From assembly GCA_963675745.2 (NCBI GenBank), contig CAXXWX010000019.1:64001-128000 (forward strand): a stretch of 64,000 nt of DNA. The letters are read 5' to 3'. Below, in pieces: positions 42,445 to 55,183 of this stretch. The position numbers and the translations under genes were made by a program. The stretch comes from Phycisphaerae bacterium (GTDB taxonomy: Bacteria; Planctomycetota; Phycisphaerae; UBA1845; Fen-1342). Within the stretch, counting starts at the first letter, position 1, and every line of letters begins with the position of its first letter. Below the pieces are notes generated by a model that saw nothing but the letters and a program-made list of their open reading frames with translations, ran no database searches and was not told the DNA's origin.

Positions 42445-42939
42445 TTATGTCTCCGTGTGTGGCACTTGTCCGTCGGGGCCTGCGTTCGTGTGGCCCGATG
42501 GCGCGCCTTTGAACAGGGCCAGGACACGTCCCTGGGCCGCCCGGCTGCGGACCGCGACAAAGACCGTGTCATCACCCGCCACGGTGCCGGCGATCTCGGG
42601 CACGTTTTTGCCGTCGAGCTCGACAGCCACCGTCGCGGCCCCACCGGGCGGGGTTTTGATGACGACCAGATTGGCTCCTATCGGCTCAATCGAAACGATT
42701 AATTCACTACTATGTAAACCGAGACCATTCGCGTCGCCCAGGGTGGTGACGCGTGAGGCAGGGATATAGCAACCATCCACGCGTACCAGCCCCAACTCAC
42801 GCACGTCGCGGCTGATACTGGCCTGGGTGACCTGAAAACCCTGGTTTCGCAGAAGTGTTGCCATTTCTTCCTGGTTGGCCAGTCGCCGCCGCCTTACCAA
42901 CTTCAGAAGGGCCGCCTGCCGCGTTCGTCGCTCTTTCAT
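42445..42939 (-). CDS. argR: Arginine repressor
   Basis: NQEE, VTQASISRD, KTPPGGA, GTVAGDDT. Confidence 0.93.
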   Translation of the reverse strand: MKERRTRQAALLKLVRRRRLANQEEMATLLRNQGFQVTQASISRDVRELGLVRVDGCYIPASRVTTLGDANGLGLHSSELIVSIEPIGANLVVIKTPPGGAATVAVELDGKNVPEIAGTVAGDDTVFVAVRSRAAQGRVLALFKGAPSGHTNAGPDGQVPHTET

Positions 42940-42950
42940 TGGGCACCATT

Positions 42951-42986
42951 TCTGAATAAACCATAGAAATTGCAAGTATATGCATA
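42951..42986. promoter_or_regulatory. Candidate ARG box upstream of argR
   Basis: AT-rich imperfect palindrome TGCAAGTATATGCA (42971..42984) plus a TGAATAAA half-site at 42953. Confidence 0.65.
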
Positions 42987-43220
42987 TTGGCAGCGAGTTC
43001 AAGGGGTCTGGGCGGATTTCTTTGCGGGGGCCGTGCCAGCCGATCCGGCGGGGGTATTCGAAATACGCAAGTTGCGGTCGGATGGCGGGCAGGGGGCATG
43101 CGGGGGCGGCTCAATTTTCGCGTCCGATATGCCCGATAGCCAGTTTATACGGAGCCTTACGACAAGATGCCGTGACTTGGCGAGTGAGTCGAGTCGGTTG
43201 GAGGATGTGCTTTGGAAGGA

Positions 43221-43442
43221 ATGAAGCTGCTGACGGTTGAAGAGGTTACGGGGATGCTCCGGATGTGTCGCGATACGGTCTATCGTCTCGCGAGTGAGGG
43301 GAAGCTTCCCGGGCGGAAGATCGGGCGCACCTGGCGTTTCCCGGCGGACGAGCTGGAACGCTGGCTTCGCGAGCGGCCGAGCGGTGATGCCGGTCCCACC
43401 AGCAATTGTTCGTCTCTCGATACGCGGGAGGCCGGATCGTGA
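43221..43442 (+). CDS. Excisionase-type HTH (HTH_17) DNA-binding protein
   Basis: LLTVEEV..ML....TVYRL...GKLPG.KIG..WRF....LERW. Confidence 0.85.
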   Translation: MKLLTVEEVTGMLRMCRDTVYRLASEGKLPGRKIGRTWRFPADELERWLRERPSGDAGPTSNCSSLDTREAGS

Positions 43443-43534
43443 GCCGGGCCGACGACCGGCATCGAATCCACGTTGGGCCGGCGTTGCCGGGAGGCCGGTT
43501 GGATGAACCAGCGCGCCCGGCAGGGGTCGGGTCG

Positions 43535-45508
43535 ATGAAGATCGGCCTGCCGACACTCCGCGGCAAAATCGCAGCCCTCGGTATTGGGGTGTCCGTCCTC
43601 ACGGCCCTGGTCTTCGGCTACGTCGCGCATGTAAGCAAGGCGCGGCTTCTGGAGAGGAGCCTGATGGGGGACGTTCATCCGTCCGACGTCACCTCCCTGC
43701 TCAACGAAGACCTGGCGACGATGGCGCTCATCGGGCTAGGCGTTTGCACCGCGATCGGGATTCTGACGGCGATAGTCGCTCGCGCCCTGGTCGCGCCGCT
43801 GGCGATCGTGACCAAAGCGGCCAACAGGTTGACGGCGGGCGAGCGGTGGGTGCGTTGCCGAATGGACCGCTCAGACGAAATCGGCCAGCTCGGCACTGCG
43901 CTCGACACGGTGGCAAGCACTATGGAAGAAGCCCTCGTGGGGCTCGAAGAGGTTGTGCGGCGACGCACATGCGACCTGGAGCAGGCGGTTGCCGAACACA
44001 AGGCGACCACCGAGGCGCTACAGGCGAGCGAAGAGCGGTTTCGCGCCGTGTTCGAGAGCACCACGGATTGTGTTCTGGTTTGGGACCGCGACCACAACTG
44101 TCTGTATGCCAACCAGGCGGCCATTGACCATGTCGGAACCACCCGGGATCGCGTTGTTGGCAAGAACATCCGCGACGGGCTGTGGCAGAACGCGGACTTC
44201 GTGCGTTTGTGGGTTCAGCGTATCGACACGGTTTTCGAAACAGGCGAGGGAATGCGGGTCGAGGACGAAGCGCTGGTTGGCGACCGATTGGTATACAGCG
44301 AGTCGGTCCTTTCGCCTATCCGCCGAACCGACGGTGGCGTTTTCGCCGTGGGAGCTGTCCACCGCGACGTGACTGAACGCAGGCGCACGGAGTTGGCGCT
44401 GGTCGCCGAGCGCGAGCAACTCATCTCGATGTTCGACGGTATCGATGAGGTCGTTTACGTCGCTGATCCGACGACACATGAACTATTGTACCTGAACAAA
44501 CCTGCCAAAGAGCATTGGGGTGACCGTGTGGGAGAGAAGTGTCACTGTGTACTGCAAGAGCGGGACACACCTTGCCCCTTCTGCACGAATGATCGTCTTT
44601 TCGGCGACAATGGCCGACCGTCGCACATCTGGGAGTTCCAAAACGAAAAGAACCGGCGCTGGTACCGCTGCATCGACAAGGCCATACGCTGGCCGAACGG
44701 GCGGATGGTGCGTTTTGAGCTGGCCATAGATATCACAGAGCGCAAGCAGGCAGATGAGGAGGTCGAGCGGCAAGCTGTTCGATTGCAGGCGGCAAACCGC
44801 GAGTTGGAGGCGTTCGCGTACTCGGTTTCACATGATCTACGCGCCCCCTTGCGTTCGATCAGCGGCTTCGCGCAGATCATCGCCAAACGTCACCGTCGCG
44901 ACCTGAACGAGGAAGGGCGGCATTACTTCGACAACATCGTACAGGCCGGTGAGCACATGGGCGTTCTGATCGAAGATCTGCTCAGCTACTCTCGTTTGGG
45001 GCGCGGAGCCCTGCGTCGTCAGCCTGTGCCGCTGGGCGAGGTTCTGGCGCGAGTACTGGACAACCTAGCCGAGCGCGTAACCGAGGCCAAGGCAAGTGTC
45101 GCGATCCCGGACGACCTGCCGGTACTGAACAGCGATCCGACACTGCTCGGGGCCATGCTGACAAACCTGTTTGAAAACGCGCTGAAGTACCGCAGCAGTG
45201 CGCGTCCCGCCGAGGTCGCTATGCATTGCCGTTGCGATGACGACAACATTGTCATTGGCGTAAGCGACAACGGCATCGGCATACCGCCGGAGTATCACGA
45301 GAAGGTCTTCGACGTTTTTCAGCGGTTGCACAGCCAGGACGATTACCCCGGAACCGGCGTTGGCCTGGCGATCGTGAAGAAAGTCGCCGGCCTGCTGGGC
45401 GGTCGCGCGTGGGTGGAATCTGAACCGGGTGAAGGTAGTACGTTCTACGTGGAGCTGCCGGTCGAAAGCGTGGCGGCTGAACCTACTCTCGCACTGAGCA
45501 GGAGTTGA
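43535..45508 (+). CDS. Membrane sensor histidine kinase (HAMP, 2 PAS, HisKA, HATPase)
   Basis: Two TMs, DEIGQL, PAS/PAC ends, FAYSVSHDLRAPL, ENALKY, DNGIG, GTGVGL. Confidence 0.9.
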   Translation: MKIGLPTLRGKIAALGIGVSVLTALVFGYVAHVSKARLLERSLMGDVHPSDVTSLLNEDLATMALIGLGVCTAIGILTAIVARALVAPLAIVTKAANRLTAGERWVRCRMDRSDEIGQLGTALDTVASTMEEALVGLEEVVRRRTCDLEQAVAEHKATTEALQASEERFRAVFESTTDCVLVWDRDHNCLYANQAAIDHVGTTRDRVVGKNIRDGLWQNADFVRLWVQRIDTVFETGEGMRVEDEALVGDRLVYSESVLSPIRRTDGGVFAVGAVHRDVTERRRTELALVAEREQLISMFDGIDEVVYVADPTTHELLYLNKPAKEHWGDRVGEKCHCVLQERDTPCPFCTNDRLFGDNGRPSHIWEFQNEKNRRWYRCIDKAIRWPNGRMVRFELAIDITERKQADEEVERQAVRLQAANRELEAFAYSVSHDLRAPLRSISGFAQIIAKRHRRDLNEEGRHYFDNIVQAGEHMGVLIEDLLSYSRLGRGALRRQPVPLGEVLARVLDNLAERVTEAKASVAIPDDLPVLNSDPTLLGAMLTNLFENALKYRSSARPAEVAMHCRCDDDNIVIGVSDNGIGIPPEYHEKVFDVFQRLHSQDDYPGTGVGLAIVKKVAGLLGGRAWVESEPGEGSTFYVELPVESVAAEPTLALSRS

Positions 45509-45512
45509 TGGG

Positions 45513-45980
45513 ATGGTGACACCAGCGCGGATATTGCTTGTGGAAGACAACCGGATGGACGTAGAGCTGACGATGGACGCGTTTCGTGGAGCCCGTCTCG
45601 GGAACACGGTGCACGTGGCGCGCAATGGTGAGCAGGCGCTCGACTACCTGTTCGGTCGCGGTGAGTACGCCGATCGCGCGGCTCATCCGTTGCCGGACCT
45701 GATCCTGTTGGACCTGAAGATGCCCGGGATCGATGGCTTCGAGGTGCTGCGCCAAATCAAGGCGGCCCCCGGGCTGCGGCGCCTGCCCGTCGTGATCCTG
45801 ACTTCATCGAAGGAGGAAGGTGACCGGGCCATGAGCTATGACGGCGGGGCGAACAGCTACCTGGTCAAGCCAATCGGCTTTGAGGGGTTTCTCGAGGTTG
45901 TACGGCGGGTGGAGGACTACTGGCTGAGTTTGAACGTCGGCCCACCGGTCGAACAGCAAGCCACGTGTCAAACATCATAA
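45513..45980 (+). CDS. Single-domain response regulator (Rcp1-like)
   Basis: ILLVEDN, PDLILLDLKMP, ILTSS, GANSYLVKP. Confidence 0.92.
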   Translation: MVTPARILLVEDNRMDVELTMDAFRGARLGNTVHVARNGEQALDYLFGRGEYADRAAHPLPDLILLDLKMPGIDGFEVLRQIKAAPGLRRLPVVILTSSKEEGDRAMSYDGGANSYLVKPIGFEGFLEVVRRVEDYWLSLNVGPPVEQQATCQTS

Positions 45981-45993
45981 GGACCGGCCCGAG

Positions 45994-48900
45994 ATGTCCA
46001 ACCCTATTCGCGTTCTCTACGTCGATGACTACCCGCTGGATCGCGCGCTGGTGCGTGATGCCCTGGTGAAGGAGCACGGGGGCTTTGCGCTGGTTGAGGC
46101 GGCGTCGCGCGAGGAGTTCGAGGCGCGACTCGCGGACGGCGCGTACGACGTTGTGTTGAGTGACTACAACATTCTCGGATACGACGGCCTGAGCGTGATG
46201 GACGCCGTGCAGACGCACGCGCCTGGAGTGCCGGTCATTCTCGTCACTGGCACCGGATCCGAGGAAATCGCGGTCGAGGCCATGCGGCGCGGCGCCGCGG
46301 ACTACGTGATCAAGACACCCAAGCACATTCATCGCCTGCCGATGACAATCAGAGCAGCGCTCGACAAGCGCCGTATGATCGCCGAGCAAGCGCAGGCCGG
46401 CGAGGCGCTCCGCGCGAGCGAACAACGCTATCGGCAACTGGTCGAACTGGCTCAGGAAGGCATCTGGGCGCTCGATACCAAGGCGCGGACCACGTATGTC
46501 AATCCGCGCATGGCCGTAATGCTGGGCTATACAGTCGATGAGATGCTGGACCGTCCACTCTTCGATTTCATGGACGAGAAGCAGGTCCGGCGGGCGCAGG
46601 CCTGTTTTGACAGGCGCCAGTCAGGCATCACCGAGCACCACGAATTCGAGTTCCGGCGGAAGGACGGGGCCGCGATCATCGCGGAGGTGGCTACCGCGCC
46701 GTTGGAGGACGCGGCGGGTCGTTTCGTCGGGGCTTTCGCCGTCGTCTCAGATATTACGCGGCGCAAGCAAGTCGAGCTGGCGCTGCGCGAGAGCGAGGAG
46801 CGATTCCGGCTTGTCGGCCAGGCGACGCAGGACTACATATGGGATTGGAGGCGCGCCACGAATCGCGTGTGGCGCAACGAGGCCTTCTACGAGCATTTCG
46901 GGCCACAAGCGCCAGACGAGGAATTGTTTGACTACTGGCTCCAGCGGGTGCATCCGGATGACCGGGAACGCGTCTTGAAGCGCGTGATGGCCGCCACGGA
47001 AGGCGCTGAGCAAAACTGGACGAGCGAGTACCGCCTGCGGCGAGCCGACGGCAAGTACGCCCACGTGATCGACCGTGGCTTCGCTGTACGTGACGCGCAA
47101 GGCCGCACCGGCCGCGTCGTGGGCGCGATACAGGATATCACGCAGCGCAAGCAGGCGGAGGCGGCGCTGCACGAGAGCAAGAGGCTTCTGGATGCCACGG
47201 GGCGCATGGCCCGGGTGGGAGGCTGGGAGTTGAACGCCGAAACGCTGGAGGTGAGGTGGACCGAAGAGACCTATCGCATTCATGAGGTTCCGCCCGGTCA
47301 CCAGCCGTCGTTGCAGGAGGCGATAAACTTCTTTCACCCCGAGGATCGCGGGCGATTGTCGAGGGCCATTCAGCGGGCGTTGGAGGAAGGCGCGCCCTAC
47401 GACATGGAGATCCGCTTCATCACGGCCAAGGGACATCACCTGTGGACGCGCATGGTTTGTCAACCCGAAAATGTGGACGGCAAGACCGTAAGGCTGGTGG
47501 GGACGTTCCAGGATATCACCGATCGCAAGCGGGCCGAGGATGCGCTGCAGCAGAGCGAGGCACGCTTCCGGCGTGTCGTCGAGCATGTCAGTGATGCGCT
47601 CATGGTAGACGATGCAAGTGGGCGCGTCGTTTTTGCCAATGACCGTTTCCTGGAGCTGTTTGGCATCAAACACGAGCAGATCGGGTGCATCCGGCTCGAA
47701 GACTACGTAGCGCCGAAGTTCCGACAGGTGCTGCGCGATCGACACGATCGGCGCGTGCGCGGCGAATGTGTGCCCGCGCGCTTCGAGTACGAAGGGCAGC
47801 GACAGGATGGCAGCCATCTGTGGCTCGAGGTTGACGTTGTCGTACTCAAGGAGCCCGATGGACGCGTCACCGGCACGCAGTCGGCGATCCGCGACATCAC
47901 CGAGCGCAAGAATGCGGTGGAAGCACTACGGCAAAGCCAGGAACGTCTAAAGCTGGCGCTGCGTGGGGCCGACCTTGGCACGTGGGACTGGAACGTGCAA
48001 ACCGGCGCGGTCACGTTTGACAAGCGTTGGGCAGAGATGCTGGGGTACACGGTGGATGAGATCGAGCCGCATGTTCGCTCGTGGGAGAAGCTCCTCCACA
48101 CAGACGATGTGCCGCACGTGAAGGAGGTGCTTAACGCGCACCTGGAAGGTGGGACGCCGGTTTACGAAACTGAGCACCGGTTGCGCCATAAGTCGGGGCA
48201 TTGGGTGTGGATATTGGACAGAGGGAAGGTGATCGAGCGCGACGCGGCCGGCAAGCCTCTGCGCGCTTGCGGAACACATCTGGACATCACCGAGAGGAAG
48301 CGCGCCGAGGAGGAACATCGGAAGCTGGAGGGACAGCTTCGCCAGGCGCAGAAGCTCGAAGCCGTGGGAACGCTGGCGGCGGGTGTTGCCCATGACTTCA
48401 ACAATGCGCTGATGGCCATCCTTGGTTATGCCGAGGCCGCGCGCTTGGCGCTGCCCCGCAATCACAAGGTCCACGCCGATCTCGACGGTATCGTGAAGGG
48501 CGGCGAGCAGGCTTCGGCGGTGACGAAGTCGTTGCTGATGTTCAGCCGCGAAGCCGCGGCGGAGAAGAGCCCGGTGAACCTGGCCCAGGTGGTGCGGAAC
48601 GTGGCGAAGATGCTGAGCCGCATGTTGCCGGCCGCGGTCGAGATGACCGTCGAGGCACCGGAGTCGGATGAGCTGGTGATAGAGGGTGATACGGTCCAGC
48701 TCAATCAGGTACTAGTGAATCTGGCCATCAACGCGCGCGATGCCATGCAGGATGGCGGACAGTTGCGCATTACGGTCAGCTCACGGCCCGATGATGCCGC
48801 GGATGTCTGGTCGACAATCGCCGCGCGCGGTCTGGGCACAGTGCGGCTCGTCGTTGAAGACAGCGGCACAGGTATGCCGGCGGAGGTGACCGCCCGGGTT

Positions 48901-49488
48901 TGCGACCCCTTCTTCACGACCAAAGAGAGAGAACGGGGGACCGGCCTGGGGATGGCGGTGGTGCATGGGATTGTTGAGTCGCATCGCGGTCACATGCAGA
49001 TTGAGTCCGAAGTAGGCCGGGGTACATGTGTGACAATCGAGTTCCCGCGTTGCTGTCCCGCGGCCCAGGCTAGTAGCGCGGCCGTCGCTCCGGCGGTGGC
49101 CAGGGGAGGCGGCGCGACGATCCTGGTGGCAGAGGACAACGCGCAGGTCCGCGCGGTCATTGCCAGCGCCCTGACAGCGGCGGGCTACGAGGTGATTCAG
49201 GTCGCCGATGGAATAGGCGCGATGAAGGTGATCGAAACACCGGGTAACCGCGTTCGGCTCGCCATTCTGGATGTTGATATGCCCAAGATGTCGGGCAAAG
49301 TTTGCTTGGCGAGGATACGAGAAGCGCACCCGGAATTCCCGGTGATCATGATGAGCGGATTCTATGATGTGAGTCACTGCGGGCATGAGATCGAGGGGGT
49401 GAGCCTGTTGCAGAAACCGTTCCAGATCGCGGAGCTCACGCGCCGCGTCGGCGAAATGTTCGATGTTGTCGCCACGCGCGAGGACTAG
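45994..49488 (+). CDS. Hybrid histidine kinase (REC, 5 PAS, HisKA, HATPase, REC)
   Basis: N-terminal REC, five PAS/PAC blocks ending in DIT.RK, AHDFNN, NARDAM, PFFTTK, C-terminal REC. Confidence 0.92.
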   Translation: MSNPIRVLYVDDYPLDRALVRDALVKEHGGFALVEAASREEFEARLADGAYDVVLSDYNILGYDGLSVMDAVQTHAPGVPVILVTGTGSEEIAVEAMRRGAADYVIKTPKHIHRLPMTIRAALDKRRMIAEQAQAGEALRASEQRYRQLVELAQEGIWALDTKARTTYVNPRMAVMLGYTVDEMLDRPLFDFMDEKQVRRAQACFDRRQSGITEHHEFEFRRKDGAAIIAEVATAPLEDAAGRFVGAFAVVSDITRRKQVELALRESEERFRLVGQATQDYIWDWRRATNRVWRNEAFYEHFGPQAPDEELFDYWLQRVHPDDRERVLKRVMAATEGAEQNWTSEYRLRRADGKYAHVIDRGFAVRDAQGRTGRVVGAIQDITQRKQAEAALHESKRLLDATGRMARVGGWELNAETLEVRWTEETYRIHEVPPGHQPSLQEAINFFHPEDRGRLSRAIQRALEEGAPYDMEIRFITAKGHHLWTRMVCQPENVDGKTVRLVGTFQDITDRKRAEDALQQSEARFRRVVEHVSDALMVDDASGRVVFANDRFLELFGIKHEQIGCIRLEDYVAPKFRQVLRDRHDRRVRGECVPARFEYEGQRQDGSHLWLEVDVVVLKEPDGRVTGTQSAIRDITERKNAVEALRQSQERLKLALRGADLGTWDWNVQTGAVTFDKRWAEMLGYTVDEIEPHVRSWEKLLHTDDVPHVKEVLNAHLEGGTPVYETEHRLRHKSGHWVWILDRGKVIERDAAGKPLRACGTHLDITERKRAEEEHRKLEGQLRQAQKLEAVGTLAAGVAHDFNNALMAILGYAEAARLALPRNHKVHADLDGIVKGGEQASAVTKSLLMFSREAAAEKSPVNLAQVVRNVAKMLSRMLPAAVEMTVEAPESDELVIEGDTVQLNQVLVNLAINARDAMQDGGQLRITVSSRPDDAADVWSTIAARGLGTVRLVVEDSGTGMPAEVTARVCDPFFTTKERERGTGLGMAVVHGIVESHRGHMQIESEVGRGTCVTIEFPRCCPAAQASSAAVAPAVARGGGATILVAEDNAQVRAVIASALTAAGYEVIQVADGIGAMKVIETPGNRVRLAILDVDMPKMSGKVCLARIREAHPEFPVIMMSGFYDVSHCGHEIEGVSLLQKPFQIAELTRRVGEMFDVVATRED

Positions 49489-49492
49489 CCCC

Positions 49493-50146
49493 GTGCTGCA
49501 CAGCATGGTCCTTCTGGTTGACGACCACGCACTCGTGCGACAGATGCTGCAGGAGCGGCTGGAGCGCGAGCCATCGATCTCGGTTGTGGGAACGGCGGCA
49601 AACGCTGACGACGCAATCGAGGCTGCCCGCCGGCACCGGCCGGACATCATTGTGATGGATATTGATATGCCGGGCCTCGTTTGCTTCGACGCCGCCCGGC
49701 AGATCATTGCCGAGCGGCCCGAAACGCGTTTCGTGTTTCTCACCGCGTACAGCCATGATCATTACATTGAGGAGGCGCTGCGGATCGGCGCATACGGGTA
49801 TTTGACCAAGGATGAACCACCCGATCGCGTGGCTGCCGCCGTGCGTGCGGTTGCCCGCGGGGAGGCGAGTTTCTCCGACGAGGTACGTGCCCGCATCGTG
49901 ATCGACTCCAAGCGCACGAGGCTCGGGGCGGCGCGGCACACTCGTCTGTCATCACTGTCGACGCGTGAGATCGAGACTCTACGGTATATCAGCCGGGGAC
50001 TACCCATGAAAGAAATCGCCATTCTCATGGGAGTGGGGCGGCGCACCGCCGAGAAGCACAGCGAGAACCTGATGCGCAAGCTGGATATTCACGACCGCGT
50101 CGAGTTGGCCCGCTTCGCGATCCGCGAGGGTGTTTCAGAGGCGTGA
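49493..50146 (+). CDS. NarL/LuxR-family response regulator
   Basis: LVDDH, MDIDMP, GYLTK, LSTRE..L..I..G...KEIA. Confidence 0.92.
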   Translation: MLHSMVLLVDDHALVRQMLQERLEREPSISVVGTAANADDAIEAARRHRPDIIVMDIDMPGLVCFDAARQIIAERPETRFVFLTAYSHDHYIEEALRIGAYGYLTKDEPPDRVAAAVRAVARGEASFSDEVRARIVIDSKRTRLGAARHTRLSSLSTREIETLRYISRGLPMKEIAILMGVGRRTAEKHSENLMRKLDIHDRVELARFAIREGVSEA

Positions 50147-50366
50147 GCGCTGAGTCTCTGCTCCTCTCTGGCAGTTATCGACCCGTCTACCCTACGTAAC
50201 CCAACGAATAGCCCCGGCCGCCTGCGTAACCGATTGTCATAGTGCAGGCGGGCGCGGCGTGCGGCACTGCCCTGTTCTCCGGTGCCCGGTCCAGGGCTCA
50301 TGCGGACCGGGCGTTCGCCCTCCCTGCTGGAACTGACAGGAGCAGGCTAACGTGGGAGCAAGGCGG

Positions 50367-52500
<2,134 letters not shown>

Positions 52501-53219
52501 CCCATGAGGCCGAGCAGATCGGACTCAGACGCGGGTGTGTTGTGAACAAACAAATACAGGTTGCTTGCGTCCAGCTCCTCCAGCGGGTCCCTCGTCAGCC
52601 ACCGCCCAAGCCGCGGATCGTAATACCGCCTGCCCCAATATCCAAGCCCCGTCTCATCATCCCAATACTTCGTGCTGAAGCGGAGCGGGTTCTCGGCCGC
52701 GTAGTCGCCGGTGGTCGTGACGGCGTTGCCGTAGGGGTCGTATTCGTAGTGGGCGACGATGGCGTCCGACGCCGTGTTCGGGTCGTTCGGGTCGGCGGCG
52801 CTCAGGTCGAAGAGCTGGTCGACGTTGCCGTTGGCGTCCTGGAAGACCACGAAGTCGCCGTGCGGGTCGTTGGGGTCGTTCGGGTCGTCGGGGTCGCTGA
52901 TGGCGAGCAGGCCGCCGATGCCGCCGGCACCATCGAGGCCTGACCGGTCGGAAACCGGTCCCAGAAGACCAGACAGATCCAGGCCCCAGGTGTACTTGCG
53001 AATGGCGGGCGGGACGCCCGCGCCACCCTGATTCAGTCCGTCGAGCTCCATGATCGGTCGCCAGCCGTCGTAGATGAGCTTCGTCAACGCCGTCGGGTTG
53101 TTCGGATCCCATGCACCGCCGCCGGCGTTCGGGTCCCACGGCTCCGTCGCCGTGGCGTTCCACGCCGACGTGCCAGTGTTCCAATTGTACACGATCTTCG
53201 CGATCCGGCGGCGTGCCAT
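52501..53219 (-). pseudogene. Rhs repeat-associated core fragment, toxin tip missing
   Basis: YTWGLDLSG, GAGGIGGLL, YEYDPYG, NPLRFSTKYWDDETGLGYWGRRYYDP..GRWLTRDP, P-x4-DLLGL; homology ends at the IS110 end. Confidence 0.85.
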
Positions 53220-53345
53220 GGATTTGAACCCCCTTTGGCACCAGATCGACCGAGCATCGTTGGCGCGAGGCAAGCCAGGAGCCACGCCGGCGAGTCATAC
53301 CCGGTGCGGGCATTCTGCGCTGCGGTCGGCGTTCCCAAAACGTAA

Positions 53346-53364
53346 CGGAGAGGGCGGGATTCGA
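53346..53364 (-). repeat. 19-bp direct repeat of the tRNA-Ser 3' end (att site)
   Basis: cggagagggcgggattcga, identical to 57352..57370. Confidence 0.9.
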
Positions 53365-53492
53365 TCGGGCCGGTGTTGCTAAGTTGTTCCTGGAGTGCCA
53401 CTTACGGCTTAAATCGCGTGGCTATCGAGACTTGGCGATTCTCCGTTCTTTACTGTTCTCACACGGTTTTTTTGCCGTCTTGATCTCCAATC

Positions 53493-53513
53493 TGCGGACA
53501 CCTTGCGGACACC
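53493..53513. repeat. Tandem 10-bp direct repeat, candidate integrase arm-type sites
   Basis: TGCGGACACC at 53493 and 53504, about 130 bp inside the att repeat. Confidence 0.6.
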
Positions 53514-53583
53514 GGCGCGGCGGCCTCCGGCTGGCGTTCCCTACTCAAGGACAGATGGGTACGCCGGGGTGGCGTGTCACGCC

Positions 53584-54480
53584 TCACCGCCGACCTGCGG
53601 TGATGAGTGCAATGCCCGCCAAAAGAAGGATGGCCGCGGACGGCTCGGGAAGGAACGTGATTCCTGCTATCGTCTCGCTACCGGTGTAGAGCTGCTCGAT
53701 GCTGTTGGGGTCGCCGAAGGTGCCGCGTTGAATGCCGCCGCCATAGGTCCAGATAATCTTGTCGTTCAGGTAGTCGTAGGTGAGGTCGCGCAGCGTTGGG
53801 ATGAACTCGCCGACGTAGAAGAATTCTCGATTCGAGCCGTTGAGATTGGAGCGGACGACGTGTTCGTCTTCGGTCCAGAACACCTTGTCGTGGATCAGGT
53901 CGAGCGTGACGCCACCCCACCAATGGTCGCGGCTGTACAGGAACTCGATGTTGGTGCCATCCAGGTTACTGCGTTTGAAGGAGCCGGACTCAACCCAGTA
54001 GAGCTTCTCGTGGATGTAGTCGACCGCCACCCCATCGCCGGTGTTGTCCGTGTAGGCGAGGATCTGCTCGTCCGTGCCGTCGAGATTGGCGGAGCGAATC
54101 GACGAGATTGAGAGATCCGTATTGGCTGAGTAGTACATTCGCCCGCCGATTGGGTCGATGGACACGTCCGCTGGAGTGGGTGTCTGTATCGCGACATCCA
54201 AACCGGTTCCATCCTGCTGGATACAGTGGATCTTGTTGTGCAGTCGCTCGATGAAATAGAGCTCACCGCCGACCGGATCGACGTCCATCCCCCAGTAGAG
54301 GCGGCTGCCATGCGAGTGGATCGACTGGGCGCTGCCGCCGTCGGCATCCATGCGGTAGATGTGGTCGAACAGACCGTCCTCGGTGAAGAAGATCGTCCCG
54401 GGGTCGGCGTCGGCCGCAGCAGCCGTCACGGCGAGCAACAGGCTCGCGAGCAAGGCGTAGTGACGTGAGTGAGCACGCAT
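53584..54480 (-). CDS. PEP-CTERM surface protein with YWTD (LDL-receptor class B-like) beta-propeller
   Basis: Signal peptide; LYFIE, MYYSA, LYWVE, VFWTE, IIWT repeats with RSNLDG; C-terminal PEPSAAILLLAGIALITAGRR. Confidence 0.85.
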   Translation of the reverse strand: MRAHSRHYALLASLLLAVTAAAADADPGTIFFTEDGLFDHIYRMDADGGSAQSIHSHGSRLYWGMDVDPVGGELYFIERLHNKIHCIQQDGTGLDVAIQTPTPADVSIDPIGGRMYYSANTDLSISSIRSANLDGTDEQILAYTDNTGDGVAVDYIHEKLYWVESGSFKRSNLDGTNIEFLYSRDHWWGGVTLDLIHDKVFWTEDEHVVRSNLNGSNREFFYVGEFIPTLRDLTYDYLNDKIIWTYGGGIQRGTFGDPNSIEQLYTGSETIAGITFLPEPSAAILLLAGIALITAGRR

Positions 54481-54774
54481 TATAGGGCCCCAACTCGCGG
54501 GTCTACCCGCGTTACCCGCCGGCTTAGTTATCGAGCCGTACGCTATCGCGCCGGACTTCCGCCGATGCACATCGTCGCCTCTTGAGATGGTACGCCGGTG
54601 AGGGCGTGGTTTTCAAGCGGCTTCCTGGCGCCATGGTGCCGTTTCTGGACAGCCCGCCGGTTTCGCCTTGCCATAGGCCATCGTGCCCGAGGCGCTGGAT
54701 GGCCGCTTCGAACCGTTAATGAACCACCTTTCCCTCTCCAGCTGCGCTCTCTCATCGAAACACGCCGGGCCTCC

Positions 54775-54986
54775 CCTACGCCGGCGCCTTCCAGCGAGCC
54801 GCTCAGATCCTGGCCCCAGGTGTATTTGCGCATGATTTCGTCGCCGTCCGTGCCGTCGAGTTCCAGCACCGGCCGCCAGCCATGGCGGATGAACTCGCGG
54901 TCAGCCGTCGTGGTCCACGCGCCGCTTGCGCACGTCTCGACCACCTTCCACACCCGGCGACCCAGATAGTCGTAGGTGAATGTCAC
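54775..54986 (-). pseudogene. Short Rhs fragment
   Basis: VTFTYDYLGRRVWKVV...GWRPVLELDG...RKYTWGQDLSGSLEGAG; homology then stops. Confidence 0.8.
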
Positions 54987-55183
54987 GCGAATACTGCCTT
55001 GAGCGGCCAATGTGTGACATCTTAGCCGGGACCTGAGGCCGAAAACGCCGCTCTGGGACGGTTCCTCCCTGTCACACCTTTCCGCTCCTGGTGGTAGCTC
55101 CCTTGAACTCCAGGGAACAGACACTCTGCAGCCCACTTTCCGCCTACTCGCAGAGTGACGCGTATACGGCGGCCGCACAGATG

